Part shown: positions 29,604-40,700 of the stretch, in pieces
Numbering within the stretch: the first letter of the stretch is position 1
Layout: each line of letters begins with the position of its first letter
From: Dehalococcoidia bacterium
Lineage (GTDB): Bacteria > Chloroflexota > Dehalococcoidia > UBA6926
Assembly (NCBI GenBank): GCA_963666115.2
Contig: CAXXET010000004.1
Span: 224,001 to 288,000, forward strand
Direction: 5' to 3'
Length of the DNA stretch: 64,000 nt
Notes under the pieces: generated by a model
What the model was told of the DNA's origin: nothing
Database searches by the model: none
What the model saw: the letters and a program-made list of their open reading frames with translations, nothing else
Program-made: the position numbers and the translations under genes

Positions 29604-30578
29604 TCAGTTCCGCAGCCACCCTCGCGGCACGGCTCCCGGCACAGGCACGCGCTCCAGCACCTGCGCCAGCACGTCGTCGGTCGTGACGCCCTGCATCCGC
29701 GCGTTCGGGTTGAGGATGATGCGATGCCCCAGGATCGGGCCGACCAGCCGCTTGATGTCGTCCGGGAGCACGTAATCACGGCCGTCCATCACCGCGCGGG
29801 CCTGCCCCCCGCGAAAGAGTGTCAGCGCCCCCCGCGGCGATGCACCCACGTAGACGGAGCCGTGCTCGCGCGTGCCGTCCACGATGTCCACGATGTACCG
29901 CTTGATCAAATCGTCCACGTACACCTGCCGCACCGCCTGTTGGAGGTCCAGCGCCTCCTCCGTCGACGTGACCGGCTCGATGGAGTCTATCGGGTGTTCG
30001 AGGCGCGTTCGATCCATGATTTCCATTTCGGAATCGATCGTCGGATAACCCAGCGAGAGGCGCAGGAAAAAGCGGTCGCGCTGCGCTTCCGGCAGCAGGA
30101 ACGTCCCCTCATGCTCCAGCGGGTTCTGCGTGGCGATCACGTGGAACGGCTGCGGCAGCGGGTGCGTCACGCCATCCACCGTCACCTGCCCCTCCTCCAT
30201 CGCCTCCAGCAGCGCGGATTGGGTCTTCGGCGTGCCGCGGTTGATCTCATCGGCAAGGAGGACGTGCGCGAGAACGGGGCCTGCGCGGAACTCAAACTCG
30301 CCGGTGCGCTGGTTGTAGAGGTTGACGCCAATGACGTCCGTGGGCAGCAGATCGGGGGTGAACTGGACGCGCTTGAATGACGCGCCGAGGGAGACGGCAA
30401 CGCTGCGGGCCAGCATCGTCTTGCCGACGCCAGGCACGTCCTCGATCAGGAAGTGGCCGCCGCCCAACACGGCCGTCAGCGCAAGCTCCGCCGCCGCGCG
30501 CTTGCCCACGATGACCCGTTCGACGTTTTCCAACGTCTTGTCCACAACCTCGCGCGCGCGGTCAACCGTCGCTGCCAC
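29604..30578 (-). CDS. moxR: MoxR family AAA+ ATPase
   Basis: EDVPGVGKT, RVQFTPDLLPTD, DEINR, ATQNPLE.EGT..LPEAQ.DRF, SPR. Confidence 0.93.
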   Translation of the reverse strand: MAATVDRAREVVDKTLENVERVIVGKRAAAELALTAVLGGGHFLIEDVPGVGKTMLARSVAVSLGASFKRVQFTPDLLPTDVIGVNLYNQRTGEFEFRAGPVLAHVLLADEINRGTPKTQSALLEAMEEGQVTVDGVTHPLPQPFHVIATQNPLEHEGTFLLPEAQRDRFFLRLSLGYPTIDSEMEIMDRTRLEHPIDSIEPVTSTEEALDLQQAVRQVYVDDLIKRYIVDIVDGTREHGSVYVGASPRGALTLFRGGQARAVMDGRDYVLPDDIKRLVGPILGHRIILNPNARMQGVTTDDVLAQVLERVPVPGAVPRGWLRN

Positions 30579-30637
30579 TATCTACCCCCCGGCCCGCCGA
30601 CTGCCCTACAATCAACCGACAATACCACAGCGAGCCA

Positions 30638-31333
30638 ATGAGCACCCACGATTCACACCCCAACAACCACCTGACCGCCTGCATTGTGGCGGGAGGCGAC
30701 GTTACGCCCGGCGAGCGCGTCATGGCGGTGCTGCGGGAGAGCGGCATCATCATCGCCGCCGATCGCGGGCTGAATACGTGCCTGGAGCTGGGCGTCACGC
30801 CGACGCTGTGCATCGGGGATTTCGATTCCGCGTCAGAGGATGCCATTCGGACGGCGCGTGAGCGTGGGTGGGTATTGCTGGAGTACCCATCGGAGAAGGC
30901 AGCGACGGACGGGGAACTGGCGCTGGATGAGGCAATCGCGAGGGGCGCGACGAAGATTCGGATACTGGGCGCGTTGACCGGTTCGGATCGGATGGATCAC
31001 GGGGCGGCGAACCTGCTGTTGTTGGCGCGGCCGGATTTAAGGGGAATCGACATCCGGCTGATGGATGAGAACCGGGAGGCGTTCGTTCTTGGGAAGGGCG
31101 AATCGGCGTCCGTCTCAGGCCAGCGCGGGGATTACGTGACGCTGCTGCCGCTCTCGGAGACGGGCGCGACGGTGACGACGTGGGGGCTGAAGTACGATCT
31201 GCTCGGCATCACGCTCCAGTACGGCGCGACGCGCGGGGTCAGCAATGAGCTGGTGTGGGCGGATGCGAATATCACGGTGGAGGAGGGGCGGGCGCTGGCG
31301 GTGCAGGAGCGGGTGCTGCAAACGGGAATCTAA
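30638..31333 (+). CDS. thiN: Thiamine pyrophosphokinase
   Basis: IAADRG, GDFDS, EK.ATDGELAL, R.DH..AN, GLKY.L, GVSNE. Confidence 0.9.
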   Translation: MSTHDSHPNNHLTACIVAGGDVTPGERVMAVLRESGIIIAADRGLNTCLELGVTPTLCIGDFDSASEDAIRTARERGWVLLEYPSEKAATDGELALDEAIARGATKIRILGALTGSDRMDHGAANLLLLARPDLRGIDIRLMDENREAFVLGKGESASVSGQRGDYVTLLPLSETGATVTTWGLKYDLLGITLQYGATRGVSNELVWADANITVEEGRALAVQERVLQTGI

Positions 31334-31343
31334 CGGTTCCGGG

Positions 31344-31547
31344 TTATGCGCGGGGCGTAGCGGTCGGGGCCGTGTCCTGCGGGTGGCGCTGTGCCGGTTT
31401 GTCGCCTTGCAGGCCAGCGAGCCAATCCTGAACCGTGCGCCCTTCCAGGCTACGCAGATGCGCCCCGAGTCGACGGATATCGTACCCGTGCTCGCGGGCG
31501 ATCTCGTCCTTAACTCTCCAGAGTTCTTCGATGATTTCATCAGCCAT
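31344..31547 (-). CDS. Small putative antitoxin-like protein
   Basis: DEIIEELWRVKDEIAREHGYDI resembles short partners encoded downstream of PIN toxins; its start overlaps the upstream PIN remnant. Confidence 0.55.
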   Translation of the reverse strand: MADEIIEELWRVKDEIAREHGYDIRRLGAHLRSLEGRTVQDWLAGLQGDKPAQRHPQDTAPTATPRA

Positions 31548-31644
31548 CGGCGATCTCTCCCATCAATTCCCTTGGCAATCGCGCCGTTAAATAGGAAACG
31601 ACCGACGTTTCGATGTAGACCGTGCCTGCACTTTCAGGTGTCAT
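31540..31644 (-). pseudogene. Internally deleted PIN/VapC toxin remnant (34 aa)
   Basis: MTPESAGTVYIETSVVSYLTAR (PIN N-terminus) joined directly to LPRELMGEIADG (PIN-like C-terminus). Confidence 0.65.
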
Positions 31645-31797
31645 CAACCTGCGGCTCGAATATTGCCTTTATTCCCGTTGCTGCTCTCCCATGCTATTTC
31701 GCTCCGCCATTATAGTAGGGCGTCGCACTGACTGGTGGGCGGCGGGACGCGGTGGGGATTCTTCGTCCTGGTGGTATAGTGCTTGTAGGAGAAACCG

Positions 31798-32187
31798 ATG
31801 ACTGCTGTTGAGTCCGATGCCGCGCACATATTCGCAGATGCCCGCTTCATGCGGGACGCCGCGCTTGAGCGCATGGCCGCGGGAGACATCAGGGACGCGG
31901 CTGAGAAGGCGTGGTGCGCCACCATGCGCGCAGCGGAGGCCCTCGTGCTTGCCCGGACAGGCGAGGAGCCCCGGACATCCACAGTCGCAAATCGAAGGCT
32001 GCGGGCCATTGCCGCCGAAGACGGTTCCGTTCGGAACCTTGCACACCTTTACTCCTACCGTCAGGACGTCCTGCACGGCGAGTGCTTCTACCACGAATAC
32101 TGCCAGCCTGAGGTGACGGAGCAACTCATCAACGAGACATTGGACTACATACAGGACGCTGAGCGGTTGGCTTCGCCCTCCTCGTAG
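31798..32187 (+). CDS. PaREP1/HEPN-like protein
   Basis: GDIRDAAEKAWCA and RQDVLH (R-x4-H) followed by CFY. Confidence 0.7.
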   Translation: MTAVESDAAHIFADARFMRDAALERMAAGDIRDAAEKAWCATMRAAEALVLARTGEEPRTSTVANRRLRAIAAEDGSVRNLAHLYSYRQDVLHGECFYHEYCQPEVTEQLINETLDYIQDAERLASPSS

Positions 32188-32193
32188 GGAAGT

Positions 32194-32218
32194 CCCGTTC
32201 ACCCTGAGCCTGTCGAGG
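32194..32218 (-). repeat. REP-like family A, copy 2 (partial)
   Basis: cccgttcaccctgagcctgtcga is the reverse complement of the copy 1 core. Confidence 0.8.
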
Positions 32219-32226
32219 AGACGGAC

Positions 32227-32439
32227 ATGCCAACCGCAGTTGAGGTTCAGAAGGCGATAACCGACCTTCCAAAGGCGGAGTATGACAAGCTGATCCATTG
32301 GCTCCAGGACTATGACTGGGACGTGTGGGACCGGGAGCTTGAAGAGGACGCAGAGGCCGGGAGGCTGAGGTTGGTGGCGGGCAAGGCCCTTGACAACCGT
32401 GCCGCTTATCGCAATCCTGATGGAAAGGTTCCTCCCTGA
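32227..32439 (+). CDS. Small putative antitoxin (orphan)
   Basis: VEVQKAITDLP...WDRELEEDAEAGRL resembles short antitoxins usually followed by a RelE/ParE-like toxin; GAGGAG RBS. Confidence 0.55.
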   Translation: MPTAVEVQKAITDLPKAEYDKLIHWLQDYDWDVWDRELEEDAEAGRLRLVAGKALDNRAAYRNPDGKVPP

Positions 32440-32487
32440 TGACAAGAGCCCAAGGGGCTCTCTCCGGAAACGGAGTAGTCGGGGAGG
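32431..32487. ncRNA. Candidate structured RNA adjacent to the DUF3800 3' end
   Basis: CCTCCC/GGGAGG outer stem, GAC/GTC, and two inner hairpins AGAGCCC-AAG-GGGCTCT and CTCCG-GAAA-CGGAG. Confidence 0.55.
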
Positions 32488-32503
32488 TCATTTTTAATCG
32501 CGC

Positions 32504-33166
32504 TCAGTAGTAGCGCCGTGTACCGTCGCGGAAGATGTCAGACTCGGTGCGGATGGCGGAATTGATCCGGTTGTAGGCAGTCTCGTCTCCTCTCTCGTGC
32601 TTGCGGAAGACAGCCCAGCAACAGTAGTCGGCAATTTGGAGGCCATAATGGGAGCGCGAATCATGGTGCGCTATGCGATAGCGCGTTCCTTCCGGCAACA
32701 TGTTTGCCAAGGTGACCTTAATCGCCTTTTCGACGGCCCGGCGCCTCTTCTGCACGGGAAGACTGTCAGTAATAATGATGACCTCATCGGTGTCAGGATG
32801 CGATGACCTTGCGAGCAAGTCCCCAAGCAAATGCCCCAGCATCTGCGGGTAAAAGCGCCCATCGGCTCTGAGAGCCGGCTCTGTCTTGCTCTTCTCCACA
32901 ATGACGCTGTCCACGTGTATGCCAGCCAAGCCGTTTGAGATGATGTCAAACACGTGCCCACGCACACGAGGGTTGTCCTCTGAACAGTGAAAGTACTCCT
33001 GTTCCACACCTTGCTCAAGAAGATCATACTTGTACGAATCGAGCGTCTCATTCAATCGAAATGGCCTCCGCATGCTGACACCGGTTAGCGCGAAGAAGCG
33101 TGTGCCGCTCACGCTAAAGTCCAGATTGCCGGATTCGTCAAGGAATACGTACAGCGCCTCGTTCAA
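32504..33166 (-). CDS. DUF3800 domain protein
   Basis: YVFLDESG N-terminal motif, FH, GLQIADYCCWA C-terminal motif. Confidence 0.88.
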   Translation of the reverse strand: MNEALYVFLDESGNLDFSVSGTRFFALTGVSMRRPFRLNETLDSYKYDLLEQGVEQEYFHCSEDNPRVRGHVFDIISNGLAGIHVDSVIVEKSKTEPALRADGRFYPQMLGHLLGDLLARSSHPDTDEVIIITDSLPVQKRRRAVEKAIKVTLANMLPEGTRYRIAHHDSRSHYGLQIADYCCWAVFRKHERGDETAYNRINSAIRTESDIFRDGTRRYY

Positions 33167-33250
33167 GAGATTGCCGCCCCCTCAGCCGCCCAATTGCCGC
33201 ATGGTTCACCCGCTTCCTGGGCGAGTATAGCAATCCCCAGCCCTCAGCCC

Positions 33251-33347
33251 CCCGCTCACCCTGAGCCTGTCGAAGGGCGAACCCGCCCGCACCGTCTTTC
33301 CCGCGAACGCGGGAATCCAGCCCCCGCCCTCTCATTCCGGCGAAAGA
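33251..33347. repeat. REP cluster: family A copy 3 plus family B copies
   Basis: cccgctcaccctgagcctgtcgaagggcga; ccgtctttcccgcgaacgcgggaatccag; partial tcattccggcgaaag. Confidence 0.8.
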
Positions 33348-33398
33348 CCACAGAGGGCGACGATTTGACACATCTGCTCTACAGACAGCATAGTACAC

Positions 33399-33596
33399 AT
33401 GAGCGCAGTACTTCGGAAGCCTTACGGAGGTTCGGAAATGATGGTGGGAATGATGGTCTCGCTGGGAATTCTTGGCCTGGGGTTGCTCCTAATCCTCGTC
33501 GGACTCAACAGCCCCCTCTCGCTAATTCAGGTTGGTATCGGCATCTTCTTGGCAGTGCTTGGAGCAGCGGGATTTCTCTTATCGCTGAAGAGATAA
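33399..33596 (+). CDS. Small two-TM membrane protein
   Basis: Two hydrophobic helices; lower GC than the backbone; the start may be a later ATG after GGAGG. Confidence 0.5.
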   Translation: MSAVLRKPYGGSEMMVGMMVSLGILGLGLLLILVGLNSPLSLIQVGIGIFLAVLGAAGFLLSLKR

Positions 33597-33632
33597 TATG
33601 CCAGCCGCCAGCTATATGTTCCAATCCCGTCC

Positions 33633-33661
33633 CCGTCATTCCCGTGACAACGGGAATCCAG
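33633..33661 (+). repeat. REP-like family B
   Basis: ccgtcattcccg-tgacaa-cgggaatccag palindrome. Confidence 0.8.
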
Positions 33662-33837
33662 CCCGGCTCCCGTCCACGCAGGGCGAGCCACAATTCCCTC
33701 CTCCATTTCAGCGCGGTGGGCCACAATGGTGTCACGCTTGCAAACGCAGAACGTCGGAGCTATCATATGCTTTCTAGGACGACTACATCGGGGTTTCCAC
33801 CCGTGGTCAAATCGACGCCGCAACGGCAAGGGGGGCA

Positions 33838-34149
33838 GTGATGATTATTGTGCACTTAGCGATTCTGGCGCTGGGAGCCGTACTTGGCTTCCGAGCGCAC
33901 TTGCTGGCAGCAGTGCTGTCGGCGGCATACATCATGATGTGGTACGTTGCGATTGAGCCGTGGATCCAAGGGCTTGGCGGTAACACGGTATCACTTGTGT
34001 CATTGCTATTGGCCGTACCTACCGCCTTGCTGGCAGTCCTAACCGTCGTCGCGTGGTGGCTGGCCGCAGGCATCATAGTGGGGTTCGCGCTAAGGTGCCT
34101 TACAGTTGGCACGCTCCACCTTCTGGGAAACCTCGGAGGTGGGCGCTAA
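33838..34149 (+). CDS. Small membrane protein
   Basis: Hydrophobic 103-aa ORF with a G-rich RBS. Confidence 0.5.
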   Translation: MMIIVHLAILALGAVLGFRAHLLAAVLSAAYIMMWYVAIEPWIQGLGGNTVSLVSLLLAVPTALLAVLTVVAWWLAAGIIVGFALRCLTVGTLHLLGNLGGGR

Positions 34150-34209
34150 GGCTGGTGGGCTAAACTTCCTGAACCGGAAGTTGCTTCTTTGGGGTAACCT
34201 GCCGTCCCC

Positions 34210-37200
34210 CTACCCCCGCCCACCTCTGGTGCCTGCGCGCGTGTGGCGGAACTCCACCCGTTCAATCAGGAGCGACCGTATCTCATCAAGTTTGTCCGCA
34301 AAGCCGAATTGCTTGCCGACGATTTCGTCAATGCGGAGATGGTGCTCAGTTTTTAGCTCCTCTGTGACGGGCAATGGCGATCTGTCCGCGACGCTCTTGA
34401 ACAGGGCACGCGCCTCATCGCCAAAGTCGAAATCAAAGTGGACAGGAAAGGGCTTCATGTCCGTGGCCTCCGCCTTCAGCAACCCACCTCCCAAGTTGGC
34501 CCTACCCGTGAGCTCTCTGTAGAGCCAGGCAAATGACGAGTTCATGTAGAGCCACAGGCAGTAATGCAGATCGGATTCCCAACGCCCGTCAGGCAAGTAA
34601 AGCTCTACACCACTGAATGAAAAGGCTTTGCTCTGGTTTAGGGCGCAGTAATGTCTGGTGCCGATGCCTCTAGGCATCAGGAGCGCCGGAACTTTGGAAA
34701 GCCGCGAATCGGACACATCATCTTTACGGACGTGCGCGTCCGGCTCATTGCAGCCAAACTCTGGCACGTCCACCACAACACCAATTGTGGCACCAGCTAC
34801 ATTGTGCAACTTCTTTGAGACATTGATGCCTTGCCCAAACTCAATGGTTGGCTTCTGCGGGCGTTTTTCTGAAACGGATACGTCAGCCAAGATAGCCCGG
34901 AACCAGTCGGGCATCGCAAAAAGGTGACCCCACTTCATGCCCGAGGTTATATCGATTGACCGCGTATCGGTCTGTGCCATGCTCTCATTGACGACGTGAT
35001 AGTCAATCGGCGTGTCCCTGTAGTTGCCGAAGGTGCAGACTATGGCGTTGATGTTGGGCCCGGATGCGTCAGAGAAGAACCGTGCCGAAGTATCAACGAT
35101 GCTGCGGAAGGAGAATCGCCCCTTTGTGAACTTCTGGAATACCTGACCATAATCCGAGGTAAGCCAACCGTTCTGAGTTACGAACGAAGCCGTTCCGTGA
35201 TTCGCCAAGAGTTTCGCCGCTCGCGCGAAGAAATAGATGAGGAGGTCACTGCCCCCAGCCACTGTCTCGCCCCAGTCCTTTTGTACAACACTCCTGTAAC
35301 TCTCTTTGGCGTCCTGTGCAAACAAGCTATTGCGTGCTTCAAGGTACGGCGGGTTCGCGATCACGATGTCAAAGCCGTCGCGGACTCCGAACATGAACTC
35401 CGGATCGAACCAGTCTGCCGCGTCCTGTGAGTCGGCCAGCACGCTCTGCTCCATCGGGTCCCAGTTAGCAATCTTCGATGCGCCGTCCGTTGGGAAGTCC
35501 GCCTGCATCAGGTATTGGGCAAGCAGGCCGCGGAGACGGCGATCCTCGTCGCGCAGCCGGCGCTTCTCCTGTCGCGCCGCGCCTGCGTGGAAGAATCGTT
35601 CCCGGTTGTCCAGGAGTTGCTGCTGCGTGCGGCGGACGTTCTCATCCTGGTCGCCGAACGAAAGCTGCTCGGGGCGGTCTAGGCCCAGCAGCGTATCCGC
35701 CGTGACGAACCGCGTTTCAAGGTTTGGCAGTGGGCGGATGCCGAAGTTGTCCGCCGGATCATCATTGGAGTCCTGCTCGATAGCGAGGGAGATGAAGAAG
35801 CGCAGCTTGGCGATTTCCCCCGCGTTTGGGTCGATGTCAACGCCGTAGATGCTGTTCTGGATCAGGTAGAGTTTGCGCCCAAAGTTGGACTCCTTGTACC
35901 GTTCGAACGTCCCGCTAATCTGATTCAGCGCGGCGTCCCTGTCCTGTATCTCGGATATCCAGAAGGCTTGGTCGGCCCGCGCGGACGCGATTTCACGCTG
36001 CGTTTGCTCCCATAGGGCATTGTCCGGATCCAAGCGGCGCAAAGCCAGGGTGAGCTTATGGAGGACGCCCATGGGGAACGCGCCCGAACCGACGGCGGGA
36101 TCGAGAACGCGCAGGGCCGCAATTGCGCGGACAATGCGCTCTTTCTCCGCGTCCTCAAACAACTCCCCGCCTTGCGCGTAATCGAACAGGAAGTGAAGCC
36201 GCTCCGCCCACCAGTCGTTCGGATCACCGTCCGGCGCGAGCTTGGTGAGCAGGGCGGCGACGAGGGCCTCATCCGCCATGTAATCGACGACGGGGCGGGG
36301 CGTGTAGTAGGAGCCGGCCTGCTTGCGGGCACTCTCGCCGGTCTCCGCGTTGATGGACGCCAGCAGGTTCTCAAACACTTTGCCCAACAACTCCGGGTCT
36401 AGCGCGACCTCCATATCCGTCGGTGTATTCTCCTCGACGGTGAACTTGTAGTGGTTGAAGAGCGTGATCAGCCCCTTGTCATCAAAGAAGAGGCGGTTGG
36501 GCCATGAAAGTTTGCCGTGCTCATCCGTGCCCTTTCTGAGCATGTTGTCGCTGAAGTAGTCGATGCGGTAGCCGCCGTCTCCGGCCGCCTCAAAGCTGTC
36601 CAGGCAGTCGAACAAGCCGCCGTTGATGAACGGCGTCCGGTCGAATAGCGCCCGCAGACGCGTCGGATCCGCCATCTCTTTCTCATAGCGGTACAGCGAG
36701 GTCAGGCGATGGGTCTTGTTCGCGCGGCTGCTAAAGCCGCGGTCAGCGATGCCCGTGTTCAGCGTGGCGAAGAACAGGTTCTGCAGGACGGCGCGATAGT
36801 ACGAATCGCCCTCAGCGGCGTCATAGCTCTTGAGCAGGTCCTTGATCTGGTTCTCGATGAACAGGTCCTCCGCGACGAGGCGCTTTTCCTTGATGAACCA
36901 CACGAAGAGGAGGCGTGTGATGAGTCGCAGAGTGTGCCGCTCTTTCGGCTGCTCTCTCGGCACCCCCACCGGGAACTTTGCCTCATCGATAGCGCGGTCG
37001 AACCACGCTTTGAGTTCGCTGTAGAACTTCCTGTTCAACTCCTCCGTGTCCAACTCGTCAAGCCACGCCGCAAGCAGGCCCTCAAAGTTGGGTTGCTTGC
37101 GCTCCTTATCCATCCAGTCCAGGCGCTTATCAAGCGATAGTTCGCTGATGATGTCCACGTGGGCGCGATGGGGCTTCACCGGATCAATCTCGCGGATTAG

Positions 37201-37780
37201 GGAGACTGCGCCCAGGACGTCTCGATCCGGGTTCCGTATGTTGGGGCGGCGGTGGACGAATGAGACGGTGAGGTGGCCCGTCGCTGTCCGGAAGAGGACG
37301 ACGGCGGGGATGGCGGGGAAGCGGCGGTTGACCTCCCGCGTCATGGCGGCGTAGGCGCCCCGGCGGTATTCGTCGCTCGTGAGTTCCGCAGCGACGAAGA
37401 GGAAGCTGCGTATCGAGTTGACGTCAAAGGCTGCGCCGTCCGAGAGTTTGAGACGCTGCTGCCCGCGCTCCGCGTTGATCTCCGCATCCGTGAGTTGGAA
37501 GAGCACGTGGAGGGATGAGGCATTGTTGCGCAAGAGGGTTTCATCCGCCGTCGGCGGCGTATCGGGCGGGAAGGGTTTGCCATCCGGCTTGAGGCGAGGA
37601 TACGCGGACAGGAACGCGCCCAGATCGCCCGTCTGACCCGGCGGCGTCCGGTCGCTCTTGTAGCCGAGCGTGTCCAGGAGCGCCGCCGCGCCATCGGCAA
37701 AAATCACCCTGCGATGCGTCGCGGAGCGCGTTTTGGATGGGCTGCCTCGCGGCAACCGTGTCTACTTGATTACCAGCCAT
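34210..37780 (-). CDS. Eco57I-like/type IIG N6-adenine DNA methyltransferase with target recognition domain; probable frameshift at 37699-37703
   Basis: FINGGLF, DPELLGKVFE, GSYYTP, VLDPAVGSGAF, PLPNLE, NPPY. The natural-looking N-terminus lies in another frame from ATG 37780. Confidence 0.85.
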
Positions 37781-40700
37781 GTGACAAGCTCGAAGTCTTC
37801 CTGTGTGGCGGGCGTTTCGCCGGCCCTGGGCAGGGTGAAGCCCCTGCCGCCTGTGCTGAGGCCCTGGGCGACGGCGGTTGCGCTGCTCTGCCGGATGTGG
37901 GCGATGACGGCTTCCACGAGGTCATTGTAGTGCGACATGTCCTGGCCCTGCTGCGTTTCGCGCGTGAACTCGTCAGAGAGCGCCGTGATGGGATCGGTCT
38001 TGCCGGCGGTCGCCGCGTCAAAGGCCTCCAGCGCCTGCCGCGCGTTGGCGCACCCGAACCGGATCGTGCCGTTGTCGCCGATGTAGACGAGGTAATAGGG
38101 GTGGACGGGGCTTGCGGGGCGTGAGCCGGGCGCGGGCCTGCCGGCGTTGCGCTGCTTGAGGAGGAAGATGACGCCGGGGCCGTGGGCGTCTTTGGGCGGT
38201 TCCGGGGTGACGGCGTACGCGCCGAACGGCATGTTTTCCAGCATGTCACGGTTCTTTTCCAGGAACTTCCGGAGTTGGACGAGGAAGTAGTCCATTGAGA
38301 AATCGCTCAGCACGACGCCGTCGCCCAGGTCGTCAATGTCCAGGATTTCGTCGCGCATTCGCCGCAGCTGCTCATCGCGGAACGTCAACTCCATCTGCGC
38401 GCCCTCCGCGAGCCCGGCTTCGGTGAAGAGTTCCTCGCCGCCGCCGGTGGTGTCCACGAGGGCCATGCGGGCCATGACGCGGTTCTCCAGGTCAAGGTAT
38501 TCCTGCATATTCGGCGTGGGCCAGTAGTTGATCATCCTGACGGAGGCGCTGCGGCTGCCGATGCGGTCAATGCGGCCAAAGCGCTGGATGAGGCGGACGG
38601 GGTTCCAGTGGATGTCATAGTTGACGACGGTATCGCAGTCCTGGAGGTTCTGGCCTTCCGAGATGCAGTCCGTGGCGATGAGGATATCGATGTCCTGCGC
38701 GATCGTGCCGTCGTCACGGCGGTTGCGGGCGACGGGCGCGAAGTCCGTGAGAATCTCCTGAAAGCGAGTTTCGTACCGCCCGCCGGCGTCCGACGGGGGC
38801 GCGGTGTCCCGCGTTTCGTCGCCGGCGACCATGGCCATGCGGACGCCGCGCGCCTCGGCCTCTTGCCGGAGGTTTTCGTAGAGGTAGAGGGCGGTGTCTT
38901 TAAAGGTGGTGAAGGCGAGCAGTTTGCGGTTCTCCTTACCGTCGTTGTCCGTGGTGGGTGATTCGATGCGCCGGCGGATTTGCGCCTGCAGGTCCTGGAG
39001 CTTGCCGTCGCGTTCGGGGGTGATGGCGGCGACGCGCTCACGGACGGCGTCCAACGTTTCACGATCACGCATGATATCCGCCCGCCAGCGGTCACGGTCA
39101 AGCTCATCAAGTCGGTATGGGCGGCGGGCGTGGTTGATGAGGAAGTCATCGTCGTCGCCGACGTCTTCTTCGTCCGGGGTTTCACCGGCGAGTTCCGCAG
39201 TGTTCTCAAAGCGGTCCATGCGCTCCAGCAGGTTGTCCATCTTGGCGATGGTGCGCTCCAGGGTGAGGGCGAGGGAGTGGGGTGAGCTTTCGAGGCGTTT
39301 GAGGAAGTTGACGCGGAGCATGGCGACCAGGTAGTGCTCGCGGTCACGCTGGTTGAAGTTGAATTTCGATTTCTCATCCTCCAGCTGCTGCCGGCGGTTC
39401 GGGTCATGGAGGTACGCGGACGGCTGGTAGATGGAGAGGGCGAATTGGCCGATGCGGTCTGAGAGGTCTTTGTAGGAGACGGGCTGTTGGGTGTCCGCCT
39501 CCGGGTAGGCATTGACGGGTTTTTCATGTGTGGGGAACTGCCCGATGCGCTCCATCTCTTCGGCGTAGGACTGCTGGATTTGGCGGCGGGAGCGGGCGAT
39601 GGAGACGGTACTGAGCAGGCGCTGGAACTCCGGCCCGAACTTTGCCATGAGCCCCGATTTGTCGCGGCGGACGCCGGCCTTCTTCGAGTCCTCCTCCCAC
39701 GACTTGAACTCGGCCTGGGCAGCGGCCATCACCGTGTTGAGGTTGGCGATGCTTTCCGTTTCCAGGAAATGGTCGGCACGCCCCTGCGTCATCAAGTGGA
39801 TCTGGTTGCGAAGATCGATGAGCGACGTGTTGACGGGGGTGGCGGACAGCATGAGAACCTGCGTCTGCGCCCCGTCTTTGATGATCTCCTCGAAGAGTTT
39901 CTTGTAACGCTTGCCGCCGTCGTTGCGGAAGTTGTGGGACTCGTCGATGACGACGAGGTCGTATGCACCCCAGTTGAAATCGCCGAGATCGATGTTGCCG
40001 GACCTGCCGCCATCACGGGACAGGTCTGTGTGGGCGAGCACGGTGTAGCCGAACTGATCATCCCGGAAGGGGTTGTTGAGGCGGTTGTTGTACCGGGGAT
40101 AGAGCGCCCAGTTTTCCCTGAGCTTGTTGGGACAGAGGACGAGGACGCTCTTGTTGCGGAGTTCGTAGTACTTGATAACGGCGAGGGCGGTGTACGTTTT
40201 GCCAAGGCCGACGCTGTCCGCGAGGATGCAGCCGTTGTTCCGCTGAAGTTGGCGGATAATGCTGCGCGCGCCTTCACGCTGGAATTCGTAGAGGTCCTGC
40301 CAGATGCGCTTTTCAGAGAGGCGGGTCTGCCGCGCGGCGTCCGCTTCCCTTTCCATGTCCGCGATCCTGTCCTTGAACATCTCGTACAGCGTCTTGAAGT
40401 ACACGATCTCCGGGGAGTAGTCGCGGCTGATGCGGCCCAGCGCGTCCAGCACCTCCTGCTTGACGTCGTAGGTGCGCGCCTCGTCGTTCCAGAGGTTGTC
40501 GAACCACTCGCGCAGTTCGTCGCGGAGGGCGGGATCGGGCATATCGACGTTGATTTCCAGGTTGGGGCGGGCGCTGCCACCCAGGCCGCTCCTGGTGAAG
40601 TTGGAACTGCCAACGATGGCGGCGTCATCCGTGATATACATCTTGCCGTGCAGGAAGTTGGCCTGGCGGATGGAGCGGATGTCCACCGCGCCGGCGGCGA

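Noticed and set aside
32431-32487. Hammerhead ribozyme (CUGAUGA...GAAAC...GUC in the correct order)
   Set aside because: Stem II cannot close directly between CUGAUGA and GAAA, stem III would be 2 bp, and the GAAA is better explained as the loop of CUCCG/CGGAG. Kept only as a generic structured RNA.
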